The notes: generated by a model from the sequence alone, not told the origin. Numbered from the stretch's first letter, positions 34,353 to 44,960 are shown. The stretch: DNA of 64,000 nt from Thermoleophilia bacterium (GCA_050943595.1 JBMNPM010000003.1:86476-150475); one strand, 5' to 3'. Numbers and translations: made by a program.

Positions 34353-35345
34353 CTACCAAACTTCCGACCGCAGCCTGCGCGTCATGAGGTCGCAGACGCA
34401 CGCAGTCACACTCTTGCCTTCCTCAATGACCGCCACCACATTCTCGGTGATTGGCATGTCCACCCCGTGTGTGCGGGAGAGATCCAAGATGATGGGAGCA
34501 CTGGTGAGTCCTTCGGCAACCATTCCCATCTGCTCCTCCACGTGTTCTGCCGAGTAACCCTGGGCTATCAGCTGACCGGCCATACGATTGCGTGAGTGAC
34601 GCGAGGTGCAGGTGCCGACCAGGTCGCCCAGTCCGGCCAGACCGGCGAAGGTGCGGATATCGGCCCCCAAGGCCAGACCTAGACGGGATATCTCGGCCAG
34701 GCCGCGTGTGACGAGCGCTGCGCGGGCATTGTCACCATAGCCCAATCCGTCCGACATCCCCGTGGCCAACGCAACGACATTCTTGACAGCCCCGGCCAAC
34801 TCCACCCCCAAGAGGTCCTCGTTCACATACGCCCGCAGGTTCTGATTGGTTATAAGCAGCTGTAGAGCTTCAGCATATTCACGGTCGGCTGAGGCGATGA
34901 CGGTGGCGGTTGGTTGGTCTAGCGCAACCTCCTCCGCCTGATTCGGTCCCGACAGGACGGCGATATCCGGGTGGACGGCATGCAACTCCTTTTTCAGTAC
35001 CTCGCTAAAACGTGACTGTGTGACCGGATCCATGCCTTTTGTAAGACTCAGGAGACCTACACCCTCCTGTAGGTAGGGAGCCAACACCGCCAACACCGAT
35101 CGATAGGCCCGGCTGGGTACAGCGATGACAACCACGTCTGCCCCCCTGAGACGAGGGTGAGGGTAGACGTCATACTCCAAACCCACAGGCAGATCGACGG
35201 AGTCAAGATACTCAGGATTGCGGCCGCGGTGCCGCATAACCTCCGCCTGTTCGGGGCGCCGGGCGTACAGGACCGTCCGATGCCCGCACAAAACCAGGTG
35301 GCGGGCGAAAGCCGTCCCCCAACTACCGGCTCCGACCACAGCCAC
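34353..35345 (-). CDS. gpsA: NAD(P)H-dependent glycerol-3-phosphate dehydrogenase
   Basis: VAVVGAGSWGTAFA Rossmann N-terminus; the in-frame GTG at 35343-35345 is chosen as start (the ORF track runs to 35603 but that part overlaps plsY). Confidence 0.8.
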   Translation of the reverse strand: MAVVGAGSWGTAFARHLVLCGHRTVLYARRPEQAEVMRHRGRNPEYLDSVDLPVGLEYDVYPHPRLRGADVVVIAVPSRAYRSVLAVLAPYLQEGVGLLSLTKGMDPVTQSRFSEVLKKELHAVHPDIAVLSGPNQAEEVALDQPTATVIASADREYAEALQLLITNQNLRAYVNEDLLGVELAGAVKNVVALATGMSDGLGYGDNARAALVTRGLAEISRLGLALGADIRTFAGLAGLGDLVGTCTSRHSRNRMAGQLIAQGYSAEHVEEQMGMVAEGLTSAPIILDLSRTHGVDMPITENVVAVIEEGKSVTACVCDLMTRRLRSEVW

Positions 35346-35383
35346 ATGTAGGCCGGCCGCAGCTCTGACATGCCACGGGCGGT

Positions 35384-36049
35384 TCAGAGAGCGCTCCTGC
35401 CGGTACCCTTCCGGGATCCACCGGCGTGCCCATCGCCGGTCCTGCTCCAGGGAAAACTCACCCGGCGCTCCTGGCGGCGCCACAAACGCACCATGTTGCC
35501 CCGATGGGCCCACAGAACTACCAGCGCCATTAGGCAGCTGACGATGATGTACTCCAACGGCTGACGGAACAGCACGGCCATCACGGGCAACAGGATCGTG
35601 CACGTGATGGAAGCAATCGACACCACCCGTGTGCTGAGCAGTAGAACGACATACAAGCCCAGAATGACGGCCATGGGCAACGGCATCATTGCGATGGCGG
35701 CACCGGCCCCAGTGGCCACGCCCTTGCCCCCTTTACCCTTGAGAAAGAGGGAATAGTTGTGACCACCCACGCACGCGAAGGCCACAAGCACCACCACTAG
35801 GGGACCGCTCAGATAGCGGGCCAGGAGCACGGGGATCACACCTTTGGCGATGTCGGCGATCAGCACGACCGTGCCCACACGGCTGCCGAGCACACGGAAC
35901 GCGTTGGTGGTACCGGCGTTCCCGCTGCCGTGACGGCGCACATCAACACCACGCAACCGGCGCCCCAGGAAAACACTGGGCGAGACCGATCCCAACAGGT
36001 ACCCGAACACGACCAATCCGATCGCCGTCAGGACAGAACCGGTACTCAC
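35384..36049 (-). CDS. plsY: glycerol-3-phosphate acyltransferase PlsY
   Basis: GSGNAGTTNAFR motif and five TM segments; ~25-aa Gly/Arg-rich C-terminal extension. Confidence 0.85.
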   Translation of the reverse strand: MSTGSVLTAIGLVVFGYLLGSVSPSVFLGRRLRGVDVRRHGSGNAGTTNAFRVLGSRVGTVVLIADIAKGVIPVLLARYLSGPLVVVLVAFACVGGHNYSLFLKGKGGKGVATGAGAAIAMMPLPMAVILGLYVVLLLSTRVVSIASITCTILLPVMAVLFRQPLEYIIVSCLMALVVLWAHRGNMVRLWRRQERRVSFPWSRTGDGHAGGSRKGTGRSAL

Positions 36050-37380
36050 GCGTATCGTTCCTCTTTACCCTGGAAGTCAATGATCACAGGCACACCCCAC
36101 AGATCATAGTCTTCCCTGAGCCGGTTCTCGATATAGTAGGCAAAGGACTTGTTTACCAGCGCCCGCGAGTTAACCATGATCTTGAAACGAGGCGGACTGG
36201 TGTCGTATTGCACTATATAGAAGATCTTGATGGTCTTGACACCCCGAGTCACGGGCGGCCGACTTGAGCGTATGCCTTCGAGCCAGCGATTGAGCTCAGA
36301 CGTGGAGATCCTACGGCTGTAGCGTTGGTAGAGGTCGCGGGCCAACGGAAGAACCTTCTCCACCCCTCTGCCCGTTAGGGTCGAGATGGTTAGCCAGGGT
36401 GGCCTCATCTGTACCTTGGCTTTGACGCGGGCCGTGGCCATGTCGAGGTCGATCCGGGAGATGTCCCACTTGTTGAAGAGCACGGCCGTTGCACACTTGG
36501 CCCGCTGCGCCTCATACCCGATCTGGAGATCCAGATCCACCAAACCCTCGCCGGCATCGACGAGCACCAAGGCCACGTCGGCCCGCTCCAACGCTTGGAT
36601 GGAGCGCAACGAACTATAGTACTCGACGTCGGTAGTGGTGCGCCTGCCTGGGCGCCGCAATCCGGCCGTGTCGACTAGGATCATGGGCGCCCCTTCAAAG
36701 GTGAGGGCCGTATCGATGGAATCACGTGTGGTCCCCGGGATAGAAGAGACGATTGTCCTTTCATCGCCCAGCAGGACGTTGAACAGAGAGCTCTTACCGA
36801 CGTTAGGCCGGCCTACAATGGCAATACGCACAGGCGTGACCACTTCGGGCGCGGCTACATCCGGCGGCAACATCTTGACCACCTCGTCAAGCAGATCTCC
36901 GACACCCAGCCCGTGTTCGGCCGACACGCCCAACGGTTCGCCAAGTCCCAGTTGCCAGTACTCGTGGAGGTTCTCCTCGGCAACACGGCTGTCCACTTTG
37001 TTCACAGCCAGAAGAACCGGAACCCTGCTCTTTCTCAGCAGAGATGCGATCTCGTGATCCTGAGGACCGACTCCCGCCTTCCCATCAAGGAGGAAGATGG
37101 CCACGGTAGCTTCGGCCACTGCGATCCGGGCCTGGTCACGTACCTTGCCCCCTAGGGGCTCGTCGCTCATGAGATCGATACCGCCGGTATCGACTACGAT
37201 GAAGGAGTGGCCGCTCCATTCGGCCTCGCCCTCCTTGCGGTCCCTGGTCACTCCCGCTTCGGACGCGACTACCGCCGACCTTGTCCCCGTAAGACGGTTG
37301 AAGAGAGTCGACTTACCCACGTTGGGATAGCCAACAATGGCTACCTGAGGAAGTGCAGTCGAAAAGCCCGGTGTGGTCAT
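36046..37380 (-). CDS. der: ribosome-biogenesis GTPase Der (EngA)
   Basis: Two GTPase domains (GYPNVGKSTLFN; GRPNVGKSSLFN) plus KH-like C-terminus; the ATG at 37380 overlaps the ispH stop (ATGA). Confidence 0.9.
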   Translation of the reverse strand: MTTPGFSTALPQVAIVGYPNVGKSTLFNRLTGTRSAVVASEAGVTRDRKEGEAEWSGHSFIVVDTGGIDLMSDEPLGGKVRDQARIAVAEATVAIFLLDGKAGVGPQDHEIASLLRKSRVPVLLAVNKVDSRVAEENLHEYWQLGLGEPLGVSAEHGLGVGDLLDEVVKMLPPDVAAPEVVTPVRIAIVGRPNVGKSSLFNVLLGDERTIVSSIPGTTRDSIDTALTFEGAPMILVDTAGLRRPGRRTTTDVEYYSSLRSIQALERADVALVLVDAGEGLVDLDLQIGYEAQRAKCATAVLFNKWDISRIDLDMATARVKAKVQMRPPWLTISTLTGRGVEKVLPLARDLYQRYSRRISTSELNRWLEGIRSSRPPVTRGVKTIKIFYIVQYDTSPPRFKIMVNSRALVNKSFAYYIENRLREDYDLWGVPVIIDFQGKEERYA

Positions 37381-38225
37381 GTGCCTATCTCCTGTACACG
37401 GCGCACGATGGCCTCGATCTGGTCGCCGGGTGTGGAGGCACCAGCCGTGATGCCCACCGAACCGGCATCCGCGAACCACGCCGGCTCAATTTCCTCGGCC
37501 GCTTCGACGTGATGGGTCCGCGGCTGGACATCTGCACACAGTTCCGCGAGCCGCCTTGTATTGCCTGAGTTCCTCCCCCCCACGACGATGACCACATCAA
37601 CACCCCCGGCCATAGAGATGGCAGCCCTCTGGCGCTGCTCAGTGGCACTGCAGATGGTGTTGTGGATAAGCAACTCCCGAACTCGTGGTGCGAGATGCGC
37701 CACCAAATCAGCCAACCGCTCCTGCGACTGTGTGGTCTGGACCACGACACCGAAACGCTGGCCCGGCAAGTCAGCAGGCAGGTCGTGGGGAGACTCCACC
37801 ACCAGCGAATCATCACCTGCATAGGAGCGCAGGGCAAGCACCTCCGGATGATCTCTCTCCCCCAGAATGATGACACGATACCCCTGCTGTTTGAGACGGG
37901 CGGCCTTCTCCTGAGCCAGTTTGACGAAACGACACGTCGCATCGAGTACTGTGAGACCGGAGGCGTCCAACTCCTCTCTGATGTCCCGAGGTACGCCGTG
38001 CGAACGGAGGATGATGGTACCCCTCTCCATCTCGGCAGGCTCGGATACAACACCGATCCCGTTGGCACGGAGCTCAGCGATCACACCGGGATTGTGGATC
38101 AGGGGACCGAGCGTGTTTATAGGACCTTGGGCCTGAGTGGCCGCACTGCGCACCAGTTCCAAAGCCCTCTCCACTCCCCAGCAGAATCCGGCCGACTTCG
38201 ACACGGTAATCCGTAGGTCGCTCAA
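37377..38225 (-). CDS. ispH: 4-hydroxy-3-methylbut-2-enyl diphosphate reductase
   Basis: GFCWGVERA N-terminus and three conserved Cys. Confidence 0.9.
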   Translation of the reverse strand: MSDLRITVSKSAGFCWGVERALELVRSAATQAQGPINTLGPLIHNPGVIAELRANGIGVVSEPAEMERGTIILRSHGVPRDIREELDASGLTVLDATCRFVKLAQEKAARLKQQGYRVIILGERDHPEVLALRSYAGDDSLVVESPHDLPADLPGQRFGVVVQTTQSQERLADLVAHLAPRVRELLIHNTICSATEQRQRAAISMAGGVDVVIVVGGRNSGNTRRLAELCADVQPRTHHVEAAEEIEPAWFADAGSVGITAGASTPGDQIEAIVRRVQEIGT

Positions 38226-39781
38226 GAGGAAACCTCTCTACACCCCGACTGCCTACTTAGGGACCGAAAAGCATCGGCCAAAGCCCGGCCGGTCGCCTCG
38301 GAGCGCTCGGCTCGGGCCAATTCCTTGGGAGGTGGTTGCAACGGAGCCCCGAAGGTCACACGCACCCGGGGAGAACGGAGTAAGCCCTTCCGGACGACGC
38401 CGTCCGTGCCCTCCATAACCACCGGTATGGTAACAACGCCCTCGCGTAACGCAAAGAGACTCACGCCGGGGTTCACCTCGCCGAACCCACCGTCTCGTTG
38501 TCGATGCCCTTCGGGGAATATGCCCACGACGGCCCCCTTATCCAGCATCTCCAAGGCACGTCTGACCGCCTGGCGATCCGCGCCGCCCCGCTTTACAGGA
38601 AAAGCGCCCATGGCGTCTATCACCCGGCCTAGCGGCTGCACCTTCCACAGCTCCGCCTTAGCCATGAAGTGAACCTGTCGCGGCGATGCGACTCCCAGGA
38701 AAAAGGGGTCGAGGTTGGAGCGATGATTACAAGCGAGAAGGACGGGCCCCTGGAGAGGTATATGCTCGGCGCCGGTGATCTTCATGCGGAATACCGCCTT
38801 CCACAAAGTGGGCAGGAACGAGTATGCAAAACGCCACAGCGGGGTGTCGAGCGGGCTGCGCACCATCCGGCAGAGCGGCCACCGGCGCGGACCCCGTGCT
38901 GCAGCATGGGAGATCACGGCCGTGCGATCGAGGTCGGGGCCAGGAGCGGGCGCGGATGAAAGTACGTCATCGGTCGCACGAATAGCGCTGCTATTCGTGT
39001 TCCCTCTATCCTTCTCTCTCGCGTGCTGATCATGTTCCAGCAGCGAAGTGTCATGGTTCAGCGGCCTATTATTGGGATCTATGGACTCAAGTTTCGCCCC
39101 CCGGGCGACCGCTTCCGCACAGACTGCGTCGATCACTTGTTGCACAGAAAGACCGGTGGTATCGATCTCTACGGCATCGTCAGCTTTACGCAGAGGCGCC
39201 AGTTCGCGTCCGGAATCGTAGGCGTCACGGGCCACTATCCCCGCCATGAGTTCATCGAGGGACTGGGCAACGCCCTGCGCCTGCAACTGTAGTTGTCGGC
39301 GCCGCGCACGTTCCTCGACCGAGGCCGTCAGGTAGATTTTAAGATCGGCCTCCGGGCATACAACGGTGCCCGTATCTCGACCCTCCAGCACCACATCACC
39401 TGCGGATGCCTCCTCCCGCTGCATCCGGGTGAGCACTGTACGGACCCCAGCGTCGGCCGACACGGCTGAGACGTTCTTGGTGACCAGTGGTCCCCGCACC
39501 TCATCGGTCACCTCTCTCTCCCCCACGAAGACGCGGGAGAGATCGTCGAGGCGCGGCTCGACACGGATGGTAGCGGCTGCCGCCAGCCCGCCGGCCTCCG
39601 CAACGCGATCCGGAACCAGCCCGGCCTCCAGAGCTAAGAGGGTAACTGTGCGATACATGGCCCCCGTGTCTATATAACGCAGCCCCAGGCACTTGGCCAC
39701 CTCACGAGCCACAGTGCTCTTACCCGACCCGGCCGGTCCATCGAGCGTGATGATCACGGCACGTTCTCCGCGGCCGGCCAC
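38222..39781 (-). CDS. continuous ORF: cytidylate kinase (aa 1-228) - ~75-aa linker encoded by repeat copy B - 1-acyl-sn-glycerol-3-phosphate acyltransferase (aa 306-519)
   Basis: Cmk P-loop DGPAGSGKST at the N-terminus; PlsC NHRSNLDP (HxxxxD) and FPEG motifs at the C-terminus; no stop codon between them in this frame; an internal ATG at 38866 (MVRSPLDT) would give a stand-alone 215-aa PlsC but has no RBS. Confidence 0.6.
   Translation of the reverse strand: MAGRGERAVIITLDGPAGSGKSTVAREVAKCLGLRYIDTGAMYRTVTLLALEAGLVPDRVAEAGGLAAAATIRVEPRLDDLSRVFVGEREVTDEVRGPLVTKNVSAVSADAGVRTVLTRMQREEASAGDVVLEGRDTGTVVCPEADLKIYLTASVEERARRRQLQLQAQGVAQSLDELMAGIVARDAYDSGRELAPLRKADDAVEIDTTGLSVQQVIDAVCAEAVARGAKLESIDPNNRPLNHDTSLLEHDQHAREKDRGNTNSSAIRATDDVLSSAPAPGPDLDRTAVISHAAARGPRRWPLCRMVRSPLDTPLWRFAYSFLPTLWKAVFRMKITGAEHIPLQGPVLLACNHRSNLDPFFLGVASPRQVHFMAKAELWKVQPLGRVIDAMGAFPVKRGGADRQAVRRALEMLDKGAVVGIFPEGHRQRDGGFGEVNPGVSLFALREGVVTIPVVMEGTDGVVRKGLLRSPRVRVTFGAPLQPPPKELARAERSEATGRALADAFRSLSRQSGCREVSS
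38961..39080. repeat. ~120-bp dispersed repeat element, copy B (contains the perfect hairpin cacgaatagc-gct-gctattcgtg)
   Basis: About 86% identical to 12562-12682 in the same orientation; here it lies inside the cmk-plsC reading frame on the opposite strand. Confidence 0.7.
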
Positions 39782-41157
39782 CTGCCCCCGACGCCCTCCA
39801 GTACGGGGATGAAGCTGGGGAAAGAGACCCCTATGCAGTCGGTGTCATCCACAGCCACTCCCTCCGTGGCGGCCAGTCCTGCTACTGCGCCCACCATAGC
39901 CATGCGGTGATCCCCCTGGACGAACATCTCGCCACGCTCCCAGCCCTGTTCACACCCATGCACGTCCATGCCGTCCGGGTATTCATGCACGGTGACCCCC
40001 AGGGTACGCAGGAAAGAAGCCATCACCTGCAGACGATCACTTTCCTTGGCCCGTAGCTCAGCGGCTCCCCGCAGACGTGAGATCCCTTTGGCGCGGGCCG
40101 CCAGCAGCAGATAGAGGGGAAGCTCGTCGATGAGACTGGGTACCAGGTCGGCCCCCACGTCTGTGGCCGTCAGATTCGAGGAGCGGACGGTTAGAGTCCC
40201 AACCGGCTCCGGGCTCAGCATGTCCATGGGCGCCACCTCCACGTCGGCCCCCATGCGGCGGAGGACATCGAGCAGACCGGTACGTGTCGGGTTAAGTCCC
40301 ACGTTCTCGATGGTCAACTCCGACCCGTCCACCAACACAGCGGCCGCCAGGAAGAAGGCTGCCGAACTGAAGTCTCCCGGCACTGAGATGGTCTTCATGT
40401 CCAGGCCCTCCACCGGCCAAACAGTGAGCCTCCCTCTGCCATCAGGGAGAACCTCCCGTTCTACGCGCCCCCCGCCGTAGATCAGCATGCGTTCAGTATG
40501 ATCTCGTGACGCAGCCGGTTCGATGAGAGTGGTCTCCCCGCGGGCACGCAAACCTGCCAAGAGGAGGCAGGACTTGACCTGAGCCGAGGCCACCGGCAGC
40601 TCATGAGTAATCCCCCTCAAGGCGCCCCCACGGATGGTCACCGGTGGCAAAGTGTCTCCTTTGCGGCCACCCACAACAGCTCCCATGGAGGCCAGGGGGC
40701 CAAGGACGCGCGCCATAGGCCGGCGGCGGATGCTGGCGTCGCCGGTTAGAACACAGAACAAAGATGTCGAGGCCACCAAGCCGGGCAGGAGTCGGATGAG
40801 TGTGCCCGAGTTGGCCACATCGATGACATCGTCGGGCTCGGTCAAGCCCTGCCAGCCTCCACCATTGATGAGGACCTCCTCCCCCTGCCACTGCACATCG
40901 ACCCCCAGCGCCTGCACAGCCGCCAGGGAGGCCATAGTGTCGGCCGACTTCAAGAAGCCGGACACCGTGACCGGACCATCGTTAACCGCACCCAGCAGGG
41001 CTGCACGATGCGAGACCGACTTGTCGCCAGGCACCCTCAGGGTTCCGCGCAGACCCCGCTCAGCAGGAAGGAAGCGGGTGCCCGAACGGAGTCCACTACC
41101 TTTACTCAATGATGTCTCCAGTAAAGCTGACCACGGTCGGATAACCATGCTCCTCAA
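39754..41157 (-). CDS. aroA: 3-phosphoshikimate 1-carboxyvinyltransferase (EPSP synthase)
   Basis: LRVPGDKSVSHRAALLGA; the start is uncertain (ATG 41157/41148 or TTG near 41109, overlapping the tyrA stop). Confidence 0.85.
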   Translation of the reverse strand: MRSMVIRPWSALLETSLSKGSGLRSGTRFLPAERGLRGTLRVPGDKSVSHRAALLGAVNDGPVTVSGFLKSADTMASLAAVQALGVDVQWQGEEVLINGGGWQGLTEPDDVIDVANSGTLIRLLPGLVASTSLFCVLTGDASIRRRPMARVLGPLASMGAVVGGRKGDTLPPVTIRGGALRGITHELPVASAQVKSCLLLAGLRARGETTLIEPAASRDHTERMLIYGGGRVEREVLPDGRGRLTVWPVEGLDMKTISVPGDFSSAAFFLAAAVLVDGSELTIENVGLNPTRTGLLDVLRRMGADVEVAPMDMLSPEPVGTLTVRSSNLTATDVGADLVPSLIDELPLYLLLAARAKGISRLRGAAELRAKESDRLQVMASFLRTLGVTVHEYPDGMDVHGCEQGWERGEMFVQGDHRMAMVGAVAGLAATEGVAVDDTDCIGVSFPSFIPVLEGVGGRWPAAENVP

Positions 41158-42247
41158 TGAGTTCTCTTACCCGCATGGCTGTGTCTTCACCGGTCACATA
41201 TATCACCAGGTCGCCACCGACGCTCCGACTGACATGATGCAGAGTAAGGTCCTCGATATTGATCTCCTCCTTGCTGAGGGTCGTCATTACCTGGGTCAAC
41301 GCACCGGGCTGGTCGGGGATACGGATGGTGACCCGGTATAAGGTGCGCGGGACGATGTCTTCATGTTCGAGCAATTCCGCGCGGAAGGCGGCGGCCGACT
41401 GGATGGCTCTGACGATGCCGGGCTCCTCGCCCCGATCGAGTTGACGTGAGAACTCCTGCAGATCGGCAACGATCGAGCGGATGGAGGATGACAATGCTTC
41501 GCGATTTTCAAGGAAGATGTCACGCCACATGGCCGGATTTGCTCCCGCCACCCGAGTGAGGTCTTTGAAACTTGGCCCGATACAATGGAGGGCCTTCTTG
41601 CCACTGGCTTGAAACCTCCCGGCGTGCTCCATAAGCACATTTGCGAGCACGTGGGGAAGATGACTCACCACTGCCATGATGCGGTCGTGGGCGACGGCGT
41701 CGATGAGTGTGGGCCGCGACCCAAAATCAAGGACGAACTGCTGCAGCATCTCGTAGAGTTTAGGAAAGGCCGTCCCCGTGGGGCACAGAAAGTAAGTGGC
41801 CCCCTCGAAAAGGTCGGCGCGTGCATAGCGGACGCCGGAACTCTCTGCTCCGCAAATGGGGTGGCCGCCAATGAATATTGACCGAGCCGAAGGCGAAAGA
41901 CCGGAGAGGATGGCCGACTTCGTGCTGCCCATGTCTGAGATGAGGCGCGGCTGCGGAACCGCGGTTGCGCACTCCTCAACCAGCGCCAGGATACTACGCA
42001 CCGGGGCGGCAACTACCACCAGATCCGCATACGCAGCCGCCTCAGCAGGGCTGGTCGCCACTTCGGTTATCGCTCCGACCTGCAGTGCCTCCTCGAGAAC
42101 GGCCGGATCCTGGTCAAATCCCACCACCTGGTCCACCCGAGCCCGCGCCCGGGCGGCCAGGCCGAGACTTCCGCCCATCAACCCGACGCCCACGATGGCG
42201 AGGCGATGGACACCGCTGTGGGGGGCCGTTCCGATCATATCGGCCAT
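41102..42247 (-). CDS. tyrA: prephenate dehydrogenase with C-terminal ACT domain
   Basis: NAD-binding IVGVGLMGGS, PDH core, ACT-like C-terminus (YRVTIRIPDQPGAL). Confidence 0.85.
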   Translation of the reverse strand: MADMIGTAPHSGVHRLAIVGVGLMGGSLGLAARARARVDQVVGFDQDPAVLEEALQVGAITEVATSPAEAAAYADLVVVAAPVRSILALVEECATAVPQPRLISDMGSTKSAILSGLSPSARSIFIGGHPICGAESSGVRYARADLFEGATYFLCPTGTAFPKLYEMLQQFVLDFGSRPTLIDAVAHDRIMAVVSHLPHVLANVLMEHAGRFQASGKKALHCIGPSFKDLTRVAGANPAMWRDIFLENREALSSSIRSIVADLQEFSRQLDRGEEPGIVRAIQSAAAFRAELLEHEDIVPRTLYRVTIRIPDQPGALTQVMTTLSKEEINIEDLTLHHVSRSVGGDLVIYVTGEDTAMRVRELIEEHGYPTVVSFTGDIIE

Positions 42248-42259
42248 ATTGTCCTACTC

Positions 42260-43297
42260 CTAACCAAGTATCTTGCCGGCCCAGGCCACGATTTCTGTGA
42301 TGCGGGCGGCAGCCCCGCAGAATTGATCAGGATCGAGCGATTGAGCCCCATCGGAGAGAGCCGTCTCTGGAGTCGGGTGCATCTCGATCATGATCCCGTC
42401 CGCGCCGGCCGCGATAGCAGCCAGCGACAGTGGCTCCACCAATTCAACCTTGCCGGTCGCGTGGCTGGGATCGACGACCACGGGCAGGTGGCTCCGCTGC
42501 TTGATGACCGGTACAGCGGAGATATCGAGAGTGTTGCGGGTGGCCGTCTCAAAGGTGCGAATACCCCGCTCGCAGAGGATAACCTGATCGTTGCCCTCTT
42601 TGACGATGTACTCAGCGGCCATCAGCAGTTCGTCGATGGTGGCAGACAAACCGCGCTTGAGCAGCACAGGTTTTCTCACCTCGCCCACGGCAGAGAGCAG
42701 CTGGAAGTTCTGCATGTTACGAGCCCCGATCTGGATGACGTCGGAGTAGGCGGCCACATCTTCCAGATGACGCGGATCCATCAACTCGGTGACAACAGGC
42801 AGACCGGTCAATTCTCGAGCCTCCGCCAGGATCTTCAGGCCGTCCACTCCCAGACCCTGGAAGGCATACGGTGAAGTACGAGGCTTGAAAGCGCCGCCAC
42901 GCAGCATAGTCGCCCCGCCGTCTTTGGCCGCGTTTGCGGCAACCAGCAGCTGCTCCCGACTCTCCACAGAACAAGGCCCAACGATGAGGGCCACATGTCC
43001 GCCACCCAGACGAGTTCCTCCCACGGTGATCACCGTATCGGACCGCCTAAACTCCCGGCTCACCAGCTTGTAGGGGCGCAGGATGGGCACCACCTTGTCT
43101 ACACCCGGATAGGCTTCCAGCGGAAGACCCGCTATGACATCCCGCTCTCCTATGACCCCGATCACGGTGACAACATCACCTGTAGAGACATGTCCACGTG
43201 CCCCCGCACTTTCCAGTCGCTCCAAGATAGGTTCGACCTCTTCGGGGCCCGCGCCCTCCTCCATGACGATCATTATCTCTGTGCCGGCGGTATCCAT
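42260..43297 (-). CDS. 3-deoxy-7-phosphoheptulonate (DAHP) synthase, type I-beta, with N-terminal ferredoxin-like regulatory domain
   Basis: [13 protein letters not shown] and the (beta/alpha)8 core; ~75-aa N-terminal ACT-like domain; the ATG at 43297 ([15 protein letters not shown]) is preferred over 43435. Confidence 0.85.
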   Translation of the reverse strand: MDTAGTEIMIVMEEGAGPEEVEPILERLESAGARGHVSTGDVVTVIGVIGERDVIAGLPLEAYPGVDKVVPILRPYKLVSREFRRSDTVITVGGTRLGGGHVALIVGPCSVESREQLLVAANAAKDGGATMLRGGAFKPRTSPYAFQGLGVDGLKILAEARELTGLPVVTELMDPRHLEDVAAYSDVIQIGARNMQNFQLLSAVGEVRKPVLLKRGLSATIDELLMAAEYIVKEGNDQVILCERGIRTFETATRNTLDISAVPVIKQRSHLPVVVDPSHATGKVELVEPLSLAAIAAGADGIMIEMHPTPETALSDGAQSLDPDQFCGAAARITEIVAWAGKILG

Positions 43298-43474
43298 ATC
43301 AACTCCCCACACCCATTTGCTCCGGCCGATCAAAAAACACATGCACCGCTCCCCGCCGGTGAGGCCAAAAAAATCGGGAACAGCAGAACTAATTAGTATA
43401 GAACACCGCGTCCCTTGACATCGACTGCCGTGCACATCACAGATCGTCGATAGAAACGCTCCTCCAGCAGTCCC

Positions 43475-44236
43475 TTAACGATGCCGGATACTACCGGCCC
43501 GTCCGGACGCGCTGCGCAGCCGTTCCACCTCTTGCGGAGAGAGAGGGCGCGCCTGCCCCAGGGACAACCCGCTGTCCGTCAGCCCGTCGAAGCGGCGCCG
43601 ATGCAGCGCGATGACCGTGTGCCCGACGGCCTCGAACATGCGACGCACCTGGCGCTTACGCCCTTCGTGGATGATCACGCGCACCGTAGTCGTAGGACGA
43701 GAGGCGTCCTTATGCGCACGTTCGATGATATCCACCTCAGCCGGCGCAGTCCGTCCGTCCTCGAGATCCACCCCCATGCACAACTGCCGGACCGCCCTCT
43801 CGGACACACGTCCGTGTACGGTGGTCACGTACTCCTTTTCCACGCGGTAACGAGGGTGCAGGAGATGTGCAGCGAGTTCACCATCATTGGTGAGCACGAT
43901 CAACCCTGTGCTGTTGAGGTCGAGCCTCCCCACGGGAAAGACCCTCCCCCGGGCAGGCACTGCATCCACCACGGTAGGACGGCCGTGAGGATCGACAACG
44001 GTGCTGAGAATCCCGCGAGGTTTGTTGAGGAGCCAGTACTCCTTCTCCTCCATCGTCACCGGTCGGCCATCGAATTTCACCGACTGCGCCAGAGGATCTA
44101 CCACTGCCCCCAGGTGGGCGATGGCCCCGTCGATAGTAACCCGCCCCGCCTTGATTAACTCCTCGCAGCTCCTCCGAGACCCGATCCCGGCAGCGGCCAG
44201 GTACTTCTGCAGGCGCATGGTCCCGGCCGAGCTCAT
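43475..44236 (-). CDS. rluB: rRNA pseudouridine synthase (RluB/RsuA family)
   Basis: S4 domain MRLQKYLAAAGIGSRRSCEELIKAGRV, catalytic RLDLNSTGLIVLTNDG; Arg-rich C-terminal tail. Confidence 0.85.
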   Translation of the reverse strand: MSSAGTMRLQKYLAAAGIGSRRSCEELIKAGRVTIDGAIAHLGAVVDPLAQSVKFDGRPVTMEEKEYWLLNKPRGILSTVVDPHGRPTVVDAVPARGRVFPVGRLDLNSTGLIVLTNDGELAAHLLHPRYRVEKEYVTTVHGRVSERAVRQLCMGVDLEDGRTAPAEVDIIERAHKDASRPTTTVRVIIHEGRKRQVRRMFEAVGHTVIALHRRRFDGLTDSGLSLGQARPLSPQEVERLRSASGRAGSIRHR

Positions 44237-44321
44237 TCGATACCTCTCAAAACACCCAACCGGCGGCGCAACCCCCTTACACCGGCCGTCCCCAATCTCC
44301 GCAGGCACTCTCCACCACGCA

Positions 44322-44960
44322 TTACAGGAACGTGTAGTTGGTGAGCAGCACCCGCGCCAGCCCCAACAGCGCCCCTCCGAGAAGGCGGAAGAATGACGAC
44401 TGGAAGAGGATGATCACCACGATGACGATGAGCATGCCGTACCTGTCGACGGCTACCCATTTCTCATAGGCGCCACGGGGCAGAAAGGCTCCAAGCACCC
44501 GCGATCCATCCAGCGGCGGGATGGGGATGAGGTTGAACAGCCCCAAGACCACATTGATCTGGAAGAGGAGGAAGAGCACTGTGAAGACCCAGCTGTTCGT
44601 GGGCGGAGTGATCCAATTGAGGATGAGGGCGAAGATCACCGCCAGTATGAGATTGGTGATAGGGCCGGCTGCACCCACGATGGCCATCCCCCTCTGCCGG
44701 TCCTTGAAGTAGTAGGGCGACACCGGGATGGGCTTGGCCCATCCGAAGACGAACCCGGAGAAAAGGTAGGTAAGGATAAACATGGCCGTGCCCAATGGAT
44801 CCAGATGCCTGAGAGGGTTGAAGCTCAATCTGCCCCGCTGTTTGGCAGTGGGGTCGCCCAGGCGATAGGCGGTCCAACCGTGCGCCAACTCGTGCAGCAT
44901 CATGGAGAACAGGAGCACAGGAATGAGGATAACCAGATTCAGCAGACGTTCGCTGCTCAC
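44322..44960 (-). CDS. M50 site-2-protease-family zinc metalloprotease
   Basis: HELAHG (HExxH) in TM1, LDG motif, multipass membrane protein. Confidence 0.8.
   Translation of the reverse strand: MSSERLLNLVILIPVLLFSMMLHELAHGWTAYRLGDPTAKQRGRLSFNPLRHLDPLGTAMFILTYLFSGFVFGWAKPIPVSPYYFKDRQRGMAIVGAAGPITNLILAVIFALILNWITPPTNSWVFTVLFLLFQINVVLGLFNLIPIPPLDGSRVLGAFLPRGAYEKWVAVDRYGMLIVIVVIILFQSSFFRLLGGALLGLARVLLTNYTFL

Noticed and set aside
43298-43474. Promoter/attenuator upstream of the DAHP synthase-tyrA-aroA operon
   Set aside because: There is a TATACT hexamer on the minus strand, but no convincing -35 or terminator/antiterminator pair, so the evidence is too weak to call.
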